A stretch of DNA of 64,000 nt from the NCBI RefSeq assembly GCF_964213995.1, contig NC_135823.1:35154001-35218000 (forward strand), given 5' to 3'. This document shows positions 11,950 through 23,655 of the stretch, piece after piece; within the stretch, counting starts at the first letter, position 1, and every line of letters begins with the position of its first letter. The position numbers and the translations under genes were made by a program. The notes beneath the pieces were generated by a model that worked only from the letters and a program-made list of their open reading frames with translations, did no database searches and was not told where the DNA came from. This DNA comes from Mustelus asterias (taxonomy: Eukaryota).

Positions 11950-14540
11950 AGCATATTTATCAGGAAATGGAAGGGAGGGAATCAAGAAAATAACAATCAC
12001 TTGGGAAGTGGTACTGAGCAAATTGTTGGAGCTACCAGCTGAGAAGTCTCCAGATCCTGATTGACTTAATTTGAGGGTCTTAAAAGAAGTGGCCTGTGAG
12101 ATAGTTGAAGCATTAATTTTAATTTTCCAAAACTCCTTAGATTCCAGGAAGGTTCCGTTGGATTGGAAAGTAGCAAGTGTAACTCCTTTGTTCGAAAAGG
12201 GAGAGTGGCAAAAAGCAGGAAACTACAGGCCAGTTAGCTTAACATCTGTCAAAGGGAAATGTTAGAAGCTATTATTAAAGACACTAAAGCAGGGCACATA
12301 GATAAGTTTAAAGTAATCAGGCAAGAGTTCACATGGTTTTGTGAGGCGGAAATCATGTTTAACTGATTTAGAATCATAGAATCATAATGACAAATGCGAG
12401 GTTATTCACTATGGAAGAAATAATAGCAAATTGGATTATTATCTAAATAGAAAAAAATTACAACATGCTACTGTGCAAAGGGACCTGGAGGTCCTTGTGC
12501 ATGTGACGCAAAAACCCAGTCTGCAGGTGCAACAGGTGATCAAGAAGCCAAATGGGATGTTGGCCTATATCGCAAGGGGGATAGAATATAAAAGCAGAGA
12601 TGTCTTGCTGCATCTGTACAGGGCATTGGTGAGGCCGCAGCTGGAATACTGTGTGCAGTATTGGTCCCCTTATTTGCGGAAGGATATATTGGCCTTGGAG
12701 GGAGTGCAGAGAAGGTTCACCAGGTTGATACCAGAGATGAGGCGTGTTGATTATGAGGAGAGACTGAGCAGATTGGGTTTGTACTCATTGGAATTTAGAA
12801 GGCTGAGGGGGGATCTTATAGAGACCTATAAGATAATGAAGGGGCTGGATAGAGTAGAGGTGGAGAGATTCTTTCCACTTAGAAAGGAAGCTAGAACTAG
12901 AGGGCACAGCCTCAAAATAAAGGGGGGCCAGTTTAGGACAGAGTTGAGGAGGAACTTCTTCTCTCAGAGGGTGGTGAATCTCTGGAATTCTCTGCCCACT
13001 GAAGTGGTGGAGGCTACCTTGTTGAATATGTTTAAATCACAGATAGATGGATTCCTGATCGGCAAGGGAATTAGGGGTTATGGGGATCAGGCGGGTAAGT
13101 GGAACTGATCCACTTCAGATCAGCCATGATCTTATTGAATGGCGGGGCAGGCTCGAGGGGCTAGATGACCTACTCCTGCTCCTATTTCTTATGTTCTTAA
13201 CAGCCCGGAGACAGGTCCTTCAGCCCAAACTGGGCCATGCCGACCAAAGTACCCATTTAAGCTAACACCATTTGCCTGCATTTGGCCCATATCCCTCTAA
13301 ACCTTTTCTATCCATGTATCTGTCCAAATGCCTTTTATTGGATTTATAGGAGTTGTTTGAAAAATATATGTAATGAATAAAGCGGAAATGGTGGATGTAC
13401 TACACTTAGATGTCTAGAAGGCATTTGATAAGGTGCCACATCAAAGGTTACTGTGGAAAATAAAATGTAGGTGTAGGGGGCAATATATTGAAAATCTGAT
13501 AGAAGATTGACTGGCTCACAGGAAACACAGAGAAGACATAAATGGGTCATTTTCTGGTTGGTAAGATGTAATAAGTGGTGTGCCACAAGGATCAGTACTG
13601 GGGCCTCAACTTTTTACAGTTTATATAAATGTTTTGAACGAAGGGACCAAAGATATGGTTGCTAAATTTGCTGATGGTACAAAGATAGATAGAAAAGTAA
13701 GTCGTGAAGAGGGCATAAGGAGGCTACAAAGGGATATAGATAGGTTGAGTGACTAGATAAAGACCTAGCAAATAGAGTCTGATATGGGAAAATGTGAAAT
13801 TGTCCTTTTCAGCAGGAAGAATGAAAAAGAAACATACTATCTAAATGATGAGAGATTGCAGAGCCCTGGATGCAGAAGGATCTGGGTATTCTAGTGCATG
13901 AATCCTAACAGGTTAGTATGCAGGTACAGCAAGGATTTAGGAAAGTAATAGAATGTTATTGTTTATTCCGAAGGGGAAGAAATACAAAAGTAAGGAGGTT
14001 ATGCTTCAGTTATACAGAACACTGGTGAGACAACATCTGGAATACTGGTCTCCTTATTTAAGCAAGGATATAAATGCATTGGAAGCAGTCCAGAAAGGTT
14101 TACTAAACTAATACCAGGAATGGGTGGGTTGTCTTATGAAGAAAAGTTGGATAGGCTAGGCTTGTATCCGTTGGAGTTTAGAAGATTAAGAAGCAACTTG
14201 ACTGAACATATAAGATCCTGAGGAGTATTGACAGGATGAATGTGGAAAGGATGGTTTCTCTTTTGGGAAAATCTAGAACTAGGAGTCACTGTTTAAAAAT
14301 AAGGAGTCATCCATTTAAGCCAGAGATGAGGAGAATTATTTTCTTTCAGAGGGCAGTGAGTCTTTGGAACAAAAGGTGGTGGAAGCAGAGTCTTTGAATA
14401 TCTTTAAGGTGGAACTAAATAGATTCTTGATAAGCAAGGCGTAAAAGGTTATCATGAGAATTATGAAGTTCAGATTACAATGATCTTATTGAATGGCAGA
14501 GCATGCTTGAGGTGTCGAGTAGCATTCACCTGCTCCTAAT
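11950..14540 (+). mobile_element. Nested CR1 LINEs: old copy (11950-12370 + 13340-14540) containing a minus-strand CR1 tail, itself split by a younger CR1 (12388-13198)
   Basis: ORFs 12071-12265 (LIFQNSLDS..VPLDWKVASVTPLF) and 12431-13108 (uninterrupted 225-aa ORF2 C-terminus); old RT resumes after 13340. Confidence 0.88.
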
Positions 14541-14696
14541 TCATATCCTTGAATGTGATAAGTTATCCCCTACACCATGAGCTCTTATTTTGTGGAATAA
14601 CCTTTGATGTCCCACCCTATTACTTGTCCTTTGGAAATCCAAGTACACCACAACAGAAGGTTCTCCTTTATTCACATTGCTTGTTACTTCCTCAAA

Positions 14697-15068
14697 TAAT
14701 TTGATTTGATTTGATTTATTATTGTCACATGTATTAACATACAGTGAAAAGTATTGTTTCTTGCGCACTATACAGACAAAGCATACTGTTCCTAGCGAAG
14801 GAAATGAGAGAGTGCAGAATGTAATGTTACAGTCATAGCTAGGATGTAGAGAAAGATCAACTTAATGCAAGGTAAGTCCATTCAAACGTCTGACAGCAAC
14901 AGGGAAAAAGCTGTTCTTGAGTTGGTTGGTACGCGACCTCAGAGTTTTGTAGCTTTTTCCCGACGGAGAAAGGTGGAAGAGAGAATGTCCAGAGTGTGTG
15001 GGGTCCTTAATTATGCTGGCTGCTTAGTCAAGGCAGCGAGAAGTGTAGACAGAGTCAATGGATGGAAG
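14697..15068 (-). mobile_element. Rex1/Babar-type LINE 3' end with (AAATC)n tail, inserted in a CR1 fragment
   Basis: Matches the reverse complement of ~44620-44955; ttgatttgatttgatt tail. Confidence 0.82.
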
Positions 15069-15985
15069 TCCAGTAAATTAGTCAAACATGATTTCCCTTT
15101 CTCAAGACCATGTTGACTCTACCTGACTGCATTAATATTTTCTAAGTGCCATGCTGTAACTTCCTTAATAATTGAACTAAGTATCCAAGATTTCAAAGTT
15201 TGTCTACTTTAAACAAAATGTTACTGGTCCCTAACTGGTCATAACAAGATACACAGCCTTTGAGTCATAGAGGTTTACAGCATGAAAACAGGCCCTTCGG
15301 CCCAACTTGTCCATGCCGAATATTTTTCCTATTTTTGCAATTCTGGCATTATCTGCTGCCAGTCATAAATTAGTATGCTCTGTACCTTCCTGCCATTCTC
15401 TGATTATCACTAAGGTAAGAACCTTACTCTAGGTTTGTCCTTTCCCTTTAATCTACCACGTCTTCCATTAGGTGTTATCCCCCCTGCCCCCAACAATTTA
15501 CTTTAAAAGCCCTCATAGTTTGAGGAAATGAATGGAGTCAAAGGAGAAGTTGCTCAGCCAATGGAGGAAAGTGGTGGTGGAGGGGGACTGATTGAACCTC
15601 TGTTCAAAGGAGAAACAAAGAGTCCTCAGGCTATTCTGGTGGAACTTGGAGGGAAAAAGGAATTGGATGTCCATGACAAAAGTAAATCAGTTAGGGCCAG
15701 GAAACAGGAAACTGTTGAATCAACAAAGGGCACCAGAAGATGTAGGTGGAAAAAAGACTGGACAAATGTAGAAAAAATAGAGTGAAATAGGAAGAAATCA
15801 GTTCCATGGGGGAAGAACAGTTTGAAATTATGAGTGTTGCAGGACAATCCTGTTTCTGAGTCTTCAGAAAAAGTTAGAGATTTACTGTACATAGTTGGGA
15901 CAGAATGAAATTGGCAGACATGGAAGGTTGATCTTCAATTGAGATTAGATCAATGACAATTTGGGAAACAATGACTTGGGCCTTA

Positions 15986-16026
15986 ATTTTCATAAAGACA
16001 GAGAGCCTCTCTGTCTTTATGAAAAT
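15986..16026. repeat. Perfect inverted repeat, 20-bp arms, 1-nt spacer
   Basis: attttcataaagacagagag-c-ctctctgtctttatgaaaat. Confidence 0.95.
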
Positions 16027-16905
16027 GACTGTGGAGGCCTAAATCAGGTAGTCCCACCCTGAACATGGCGTTTCATGGGGAAGGGGGGATGGTGGATTCT
16101 AAGTTGCATATTCATGGTTCATGGAGGTAGCTGCCCATGTAAAACAGCAGCTGCCTCCAGTCATGTCAGATTTTCGTCAGCTCGGAGTGATGTGACCTGA
16201 TGTGCGAAAATTAGACCTGGTAGAAGCAAGTCTCAACCTTGTTGAGTTATTTGGATACGTGATATATATATATATATATAGCCTTTTGGAGATGTAAGCT
16301 ATCCTTTGGGGTATGGTCCTGACCTTTTGGAGAGATAAGGTGTTCTTTAGAATTGTTAAAAGTAGGTATGGATGTGTGTAAAAAATGCATAATTCAATAC
16401 TGTCAAAGGGAACTGTCAAGGCATTTAAAACTCCCGCCCCTCAAATAGTTTTTTAAATTATTTGCTTGTTATTTCACTTTGTTAACATAATGCTGCATGA
16501 ACAAATTCAAAGCCTTTCATTATTATTGTTCTGTGCCTTTCCCTTCAGTCGGATTTATAGCTCCAGGTGGCTACAGACTCTTTGAATTCCAAGCAAAAAC
16601 AGAAAATGCTGGAAAAACTCAGGTCTGACAGCTTTTTGGAGAGAGAATAGAATCAATGTTTGGAGTCTGGATGACCCTTCATCCAGAGAATTGTTTTTTT
16701 TTTAAATCAATGAAAGCTTTTTAAGTAGTGAATTCTTCAATTGATATTTAATATCTTTATTTTATTTCATCTCAGCATGGTCCTGAGGTCTTCCCATGGT
16801 GGATACTGGGTGAGTTGGCAGGGTAGGTGGCGGGGGGAGGGGGCATAAATTTGCTTTGTTGTTAGAGGGTCTATAAAGCACCATGGGGATGGATAGAGGA
16901 GCACA

Positions 16906-17203
16906 ATCATAGAAATCATAGAAACCCTACAGTGCAGAAGGAGGCCATTCGGCCCATCGAGTCTGCACCGACCACAATCCCACCCAGGCCCTACCCCCAC
17001 ATATTTACCCGCTAATCCCTCTAATCTACGCATTTTAGGATTCTAAGGGGCAATTTTTAATCTGGCCAATCAACCTAACCCGCACATCTTTGGACTGTGG
17101 GAGGAAACCGGAGCACCCGGAGGAAACCCACGCAGACACGAGGAGAATGTGCAAACTCCACACAGACAGTGACCCGAGCCGGGAATCGAACCCGGGACCC
17201 TGG
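16906..17203 (-). mobile_element. HE1-type V-SINE (5' truncated)
   Basis: V-domain tgtgtggagtttgcacattctcctcgtgtctgcgtgggtttcctccgggtgctccggtttcc and CR1-derived tail. Confidence 0.9.
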
Positions 17204-17699
17204 ACAAGTTGGCATGGAGGAAAGAGAGGCTATTGGGAATGGTTAGAGGGGCATGGAGCATATGAAGGGCTATGGAGATGGTGGGGAGCTTTGATTTAGA
17301 AAAATGGTTGGACATGGGGAGTGAGTGGGTGATGTAGTAAGGACTGGAAGACTTTTATTTTTTTAAATCCAGAGTACTGGTGCACCGAAGGAAGCCTTCC
17401 GCCCAGCCTATCTCTGCACCCGGCAGCCTTTGGACTTGTTCTGGGGTCGCCCCCATTGTTATTCCCACCCTCCAGCCCCGAGTAAAAATCTTGATCTTCC
17501 AGGGCACTTACTCACTTTTTGGATTTGCAGAGCCAGAAAATGTTTCTAATCTGCGTTCCTCACCCAGGCCCTTTGACCCTCAGTGATAATAAACACAGGA
17601 ATTACGACCTGAAAAGGTGGTAGAAGTAGATTCTGCGGGAAATTTTAAAAGACAACTGGATATGTACTTGAAGAGAATTAATTTGCAGGGTGGGGTGAA

Positions 17700-18305
17700 A
17701 ATGCTGGGGAACCTCGCTGCTGGGGACGAGGCAGCAGGTCGGAGCATTTAGAAGACAGGACCGGCTGACACATTTAGAGACGGACTAGGCCTGTTGTGGG
17801 CTGACAAAGTGAGGAAAGGGGAGCAGCAGGAAAAACTACAGCGGTGCTCGGCTGAGCCGGGGGAAGAGGAGGGAAACGCGGCCACTCCCGCGGGGTAAAC
17901 AGTGTGTGGGGGTTGGAAATGAGCCCAGGAATGGCAGGGGGGGGGGTGAGACAGAAAGCAGCCCAGGCCCGTGGGGAAGGGAAAGAGTGTGGGCGTGAAA
18001 GGGGAGGGTCTGGGTACGGAGCCTGGGGAAGGAAGGTGAAAAATTAGTCCCAACGTGTCGGGTAGCGGATACAAGCTGGGTGGGGCAAGGGAGGGAGATT
18101 TGCTCCAGGTATATGGAAGAACAGGGTGGGGAAGCGGATGTGACCTGGAGTTGGGGCGGGTCTTTGCTAGCATACTAGAGAAAGGGGAAGGAGCAGGAAA
18201 AACAACAGCGGTGCCTGGGCTGAGCCGGGGGAAAGTTAAAATTGGTACAGTTAGAGTAAGGACAGGATGGCAGCTTTGGCCGTGATACTGACATTCTTGT
18301 TGCAG
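17700..18305 (+). promoter_or_regulatory. GC/G-rich probable MLST8 promoter, non-coding first exon and 5' UTR intron
   Basis: CpG cluster at 17715-17900, possible donor cggg|gtaaac near 17895, and acceptor ttgttgcag| at 18305 upstream of the ATG. Confidence 0.55.
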
Positions 18306-18332
18306 GTGTGAGTGACTGATCCAGGCCTCACC

Positions 18333-18461
18333 ATGAACACAAGCCCCGGCACAGTGGGCAGTGATCCTGTCATCCTGGCCACTGCTGGTTATGATCACAC
18401 CGTCCGCTTCTGGCAGGCGCACAGTGGCATCTGCACCCGGACTGTGCAGCATCAGGATTCT
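18333..18461 (+). CDS. MLST8: MLST8 coding exon 1. Full model join(18333-18461,25397-25448,26001-26163,29442-29517,37597-37749,37997-38121,40444-40607,41503-41621) = 981 nt, 326 aa WD40 protein LST8
   Basis: [43 protein letters not shown] matches the human MLST8 N-terminus as recalled; Kozak caccATG; donor GTATCCTT. Confidence 0.98.
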
Positions 18462-18530
18462 GTATCCTTGCCGCCTGGCCCCAGCCAATTTGCACATGGC
18501 GAGGTCCTAAAAACATCAAATGTGCTGAAA

Positions 18531-18865
18531 GAATCATAGAAACCCTACAGTACAGAAAGAGGCCATTCGGCCCATCGCGTCTGCACCGACCACAATCCCA
18601 CCCAGGCCCTACCCCCATATCCCACCCGCTAATCCCTCTAATCTACGCATCCAAGGACACTAAGGGGCAATTTTAACATGGCCAATCAACCTAACCCGCA
18701 CATTTTTGGACTGTGGGAGGAAACCGGAGCACCCGGAGGAAACCCACGCAGACACGAGGAGAATGTGCAAACTCCACACAGACAGTGACCCAAGCTGGGA
18801 ATCGAACCCAGGTCCCTGGAGCTGTGAAGCAGCAGTGCTAACCACTGTGCTACCGTGCCGCCCCG
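18531..18865 (-). mobile_element. HE1-type V-SINE, full length (tRNA head + V domain + CR1 tail)
   Basis: Head gggcggcacggtagcacagtggttagcactgctgc...gggttcgattccc with A/B boxes. Confidence 0.93.
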
Positions 18866-19460
18866 ACAAATTGAGTTGATTTAGTTATGTTAGTTGAGGG
18901 ATATTTATTGGCCAAGACAGACAAGTGATCTCACCTGCTCTTCAGATAATTCCAAGGGACCCTTTACATCCACCTGAGATGGCAGGTGGCACCTCCATTT
19001 AATGTCTCTTCTAAAAGACAGCACCTCTACTTATGCAGCATCCCCTCAGTACTGCACTGGAGTGTCAGCATAGATATGTGCTCAAGTTTCGTACTTTTGT
19101 AATTTTTTTCCATAAAATTTGATGCGATTAAATATAATCAGATTTCCTGTCTCAGCAGCTGGCAATCAATTAGGTCAGTATTTCTTAAACTGTTTTGGTT
19201 GAAGAACGCCTTTTCAAATAGATTAATGCTCATGGAGCTTCCATCTAAATTATAAACTTAATACGAATGAGTTGCATTTTGTGTCCTTTCTTTGCGTTTA
19301 TATTGTACTTAAGAACATAAGAAATGGCTAGAGTAGGCCAGTTGAGCCTGCTTCAACATTCAACAAGATCATGGCTGATCTTTTGCCTGAACTCCTCCTT
19401 CCTGCACTGACCACATATCTTTTAATTCCCTCAGTACTCAACAGCCAAGCATCTAGAGTT

Positions 19461-22400
19461 TTTAAAAATTAATTTGTGGAACATGAGCGTCACTGGCTGG
19501 CCAGCATTTATTGCCCATCTCTAGTTTCCCTTGAGAAGGTGGTGGTGAGCTGCCTTCTTGAATCGCTGCAGTCCGTGTTCTGTGGGTTGAGCCACAATGC
19601 GGTTAGGGAGGGAATTCCAGGATTTTGACCCAGCGACTGTGAAGGAACGGTGATATATTTCCAAGTCAGGATGGTGAGTGGCTTGGAGGGGAACTTGCAG
19701 GTGGTGGTGTTCCCATTTATCTGCTGCCCTTGTCCTTCTAGGAAATGGTCGTGGGCTTGGAAAGTGCTGTCTAAGGACCTTTGGTGAATTGCTGCAGTGC
19801 ATCTTGTAGATAGTACACACTGCTGCTACTGAGCGTCGGTGGTGGAGGGATTGAATGTTTGTAGATGTGGTGCCAGTCAAGCGAGCTGCTTTGTCCTGGA
19901 TAGTGTCAAGCTTCTTGAGTGTTGTTGGAGCTGCACCCATCCAGGCAAGTGGGGAGTATTCCATCACACTCCTGACTTTTGCCTTGTAGATGGTGGATAG
20001 GCTCTGGGGAGTCAGGAGGATGAGTTACTCACCACAGTATCCTTAGCCTCTGACCTGCTCTTGTAGCCACTGTTTATGTGGTGAGTCCAGTTGAGTTTCT
20101 GGTCAAGGGTAACCCCAAGGATGTTGACAGTGGGGGATTCAGTGATGGTCACACTATTGAATGTCAAGGGCAGTGGTTAGAGTGTCTCTTATTGGTGATG
20201 GTCATTGCCTGGCATTTGGTGTGGCATGAATGTTACTTGCCACTTGTCAGCTCAAACCTGGATATTGTCCAGATCTTGTTGCATTTGAACATGGACTGCT
20301 TCAGTATCTGAAGAGTCGCGAGTAAATAGAGTTTTCCTGGGTAGAAAATTGAAAAGATTCACAAACCTCTGAATGGATAAATTTCTCTTAATCTCAGTCC
20401 TAAATGGCCTGAGCATTTTTGATTGTTCAGCCAGGAGGAACACTTTTGCTGCGTCTATCCTGTCAAGAAACCTCCCATCCATTGACATTTCTACACTCCA
20501 CGAGAGTGGAGGATATCATGGATCATGAGGTTACAGATTATGAAGGAATTTCATTCTGCTGTTTCTAAGGCTCACAACGCTTATGGATGTCCAGTTTTGA
20601 TCTGCTAGATCTGTCCTTAAGAACTTTATATGATTCAATTAGATCGCCTCTGATTCTTGTAAACTCTAGAAATATAGGTTTAGTCTATATATTCTTTCTG
20701 CATAGGGCAATCCCATCATCCTACTAACTCTTGTCGTTTAATCTCTTCTGTCATTCGTCCTGTCACTGACCTTCCTTTTCGTTCTTTTCCCAAGCCTTCC
20801 CCAACCCCACCCCTTTTACTTGTCTAATACCTTTCACACTCCTAACTTTTCCTATTTCTGATGAAGGGACATTGACCTAAATTGTTAACCCTGTTTTACT
20901 CTCCACAGATGTTGCCTGACCTAAGTATTTCCAGCAATTTCAGTTTATTTTGCCCCTCATCCCAGGAGCCAACATTTGTTGCACTCCCTTTAGGTAAAAT
21001 ATATTCTTCTTTGATTAGGAGACCAAAACTGCATGCTACTCCAGGTGTTGCCCCACTTGTATTCTGTAAACTTTCTTCATTTGTATATTCTAATTCCTGT
21101 GTAACAAAAGTTAGCATACTGTTCTGCTTCCATTTTTATTCATTCATGGGATGTGAGCATTGACGACCAGTCCAGCATTTATTGCCCATTCCTACTTAGC
21201 CTTGAGAAGGTGGTGGTCAGTCAGTGCTTTGAACCACTGCAATTCGCGTGCTGTAAGTGCACCCACAGTGCTGTTAGAAAAGGAGCTCCAGAATTTTAGT
21301 CCAGTGACAGTGAATGTATGAAAATATAGATTTAGGTCAGGGTGATGCATGTCACGGAGGGGGACTTGTTGGTGGTGGTGTTCCCATGTGTCTACAGCCT
21401 TTGTTCTTCTAGGTGGTAGAAGGTAGTGTTACATGCTAGCCAGGGTGTAGAGAAAGATCAACTTAATGCGAGGTAGGTCCATTTAAAAGTCTGATGGGCA
21501 GAAGCTGTTCTTGACTCGGTTGGTACGTGACCTCAGACTTTTGTATCTTTTTCCTGACGGAAGAAGGTGGAAGAGAGTATGTCCAAGGTGTGTGGGGGTC
21601 CTTAATTATGCTGGCTGCTTTTCCGAGGCAGTGGGAAGTGTAGAAATGTCAATGGATGGGAGGTTGCTTTGAGTGATGGACTGGGCTTTGTTCACGACCC
21701 TTTTGTAGTTTCTTGCGGTCTTGGACAGATAATTGACTCCTTGCTGACTTTTTCCTATTGTTTATCTCCAGGCAGCTTGGTCATATGATCAAAAATCAAA
21801 ACATGGATATTAATATGAAAGCAAGCTGCTTTTTATCAGAAATCTTTCAGAGAAACATGGACCATTGCAGTGGATTGGCTCTGGGGAGTCAGAAGGTGAG
21901 GTACTCACTGCAGAGTTCCCAGCCTCTACTCTTGAGCCACAATATTTATATGGCTAGTCTAATTAAGCTTCTGAGCAATGGTAACGGCCAGGATGTTGAT
22001 GATGGGTGATTCAGCAATGGTAATGCCTTTCAATGTCAATGACTAGGTTCTTTCTTGTTGGAAATGGTCATAGTCTGGCGCTTGTGTAGCATGAATGTTA
22101 CTTGCCACTTGTCAGCCCAAGCCTGAATGTTGTCCAGTTCTAGCTAAATAAGGGCACAGACTGCCTCAGTAGCTGAGGTGTTACAAATGAGATAGATTGT
22201 CCACTTGATACTTCTGGCAGAAGATGGTTAGAAATGCTCTGCCTTGTCTTTGGCACGGACTTTTCGAATTCCACTTTGAGGATGGTGATGTTTGTGGAGC
22301 CTCCTCCTGCAGTTAGTTGTTTCATTGTCCACCATTGTTACCGATTGAAAGTGGCAGGACTGTAAGAGCTTTGATAGTGTCCGTTGGTTGTGTAATCACT

Positions 22401-23240
22401 TGGATCTGTCTATAGCTTGCTGCTTCTGCTGTTTCATGTGTATTTGGCTCTTTTTTGTAGCTTCACCAGGCTGATGTCTTATTTTTAGGTATGGCAATGC
22501 TGGCAATGCTCATGTACTCTCATTAAACCATAGTTGGTCTCCTGGCTTGATGGTAATACGAGAGTGGAGGATATCATGGATCATGAGGTTACAGATTATG
22601 AAGGAATTTCATTCTGCTATTTCTAAGGCTCACAACGCTCATGGATGTCCAGTTTTGATCTGACCTATATATATCTCATTTAACACAGTGTAGTGACACA
22701 ACATGATGGAGCGTGTCCTCAGTGTAAAAATGGGACTTTATCCCCACAAGGAATGTGTGGTGTTTGCTCCTACCAATATAGTCATAGACGGGTGCAACCT
22801 GTGACAGATAGATTGACAAGGAAAAGATCAAGTAGGTTTTTCCCTTGTTTTTGTTCTCATGCCACCTGCTGCAGGCCCGACTGGCAGATATCCCATTCAT
22901 GATTCGGTCAACTCAGTCAGTATTGGTGTTATGGAGCCATTCTTGGTGATGGACAGTGGAGTGTCCTTGCTACTCTGCTTCTTTCAAGTGGTGTTCAAAA
23001 TGAGGAGCACAGTTTAATTAACTGAGGGAGGGCAGTTGGTGCTAATTAGCAGGAGGTTTCCTTATCCATATTTGATCTAATGTCATCAAACTTCCTGAGG
23101 TTTGGAGCCAATGTTGAAACCTCCCAAGGCCATTCCTGTTTGACTATACCTATGTGCTGGCAGCTCTGGCTGATCTGTCCTGGGGGTGGGATAGGATATT
23201 CCTGTGGATGGCAATGGTGAAGTCTGGGACATTGGCTTTA
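19461..23240 (-). mobile_element. Cluster of L2/Crack-like LINE fragments with interspersed CR1, Rex1 (21425-21728) and Penelope-derived pieces
   Basis: ORF 19521-19967 (MEYSPLAWMGAAPTTLKKLDTIQDKAARL..KSWNSLP) and repeated homologous segments. Confidence 0.75.
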
Positions 23241-23360
23241 CGTTATGGCTGTACCTGCATTTCTGTGTGATTATGTACAAAGACACGGTTGTTCTGAACG
23301 CAAATGTTTCTCTCACTCTCACCATTCAGAAAATATTCTGCTTTTTTATTTTCCCTACCT

Positions 23361-23655
23361 GCGGGCAGCACGGTGGTTAGAACTGCTGCCTCAGCACCAG
23401 GGACCCGGTTTGATTCCCGGCTTGGGTCACTGTGCGGAGTCTGCACGTTCTCCCTGTGTCTGTGTGGGTTTCCTCCGGGTCCTCTGGTTTCCTGCCACAG
23501 TCTGAAAGACGTGCAGGTTAGGTGCATTGGCCATGCTAAATTCTCCCTCAATGTACCCGAACAGGAGCTGGAGTGTGGCGACTAGGGGATTTTCACAATA
23601 ACTTCATTGGAGTGTTAATGTAAGCTTCCTTGTGACACTAATAAATAAACTTAAA
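23361..23655 (+). mobile_element. V-SINE (HE1-related subfamily with a different tail)
   Basis: gcgggcagcacggtggttagaactgctgcc head, V domain, tail cttgtgacactaataaataaac; same subfamily at 35900-36192 (-). Confidence 0.85.

Noticed and set aside
12431-13108. Intact 225-aa host gene
   Set aside because: It is the C-terminus of CR1 ORF2 in a 5'-truncated copy.
17748-18497. 249-aa minus-strand ORF
   Set aside because: Pro/Ser-rich antisense shadow of the G-rich MLST8 5' region and exon 1; no recognisable domain.
18790-18865. tRNA gene
   Set aside because: tRNA-derived SINE head continuing directly into the V domain; no complete cloverleaf.
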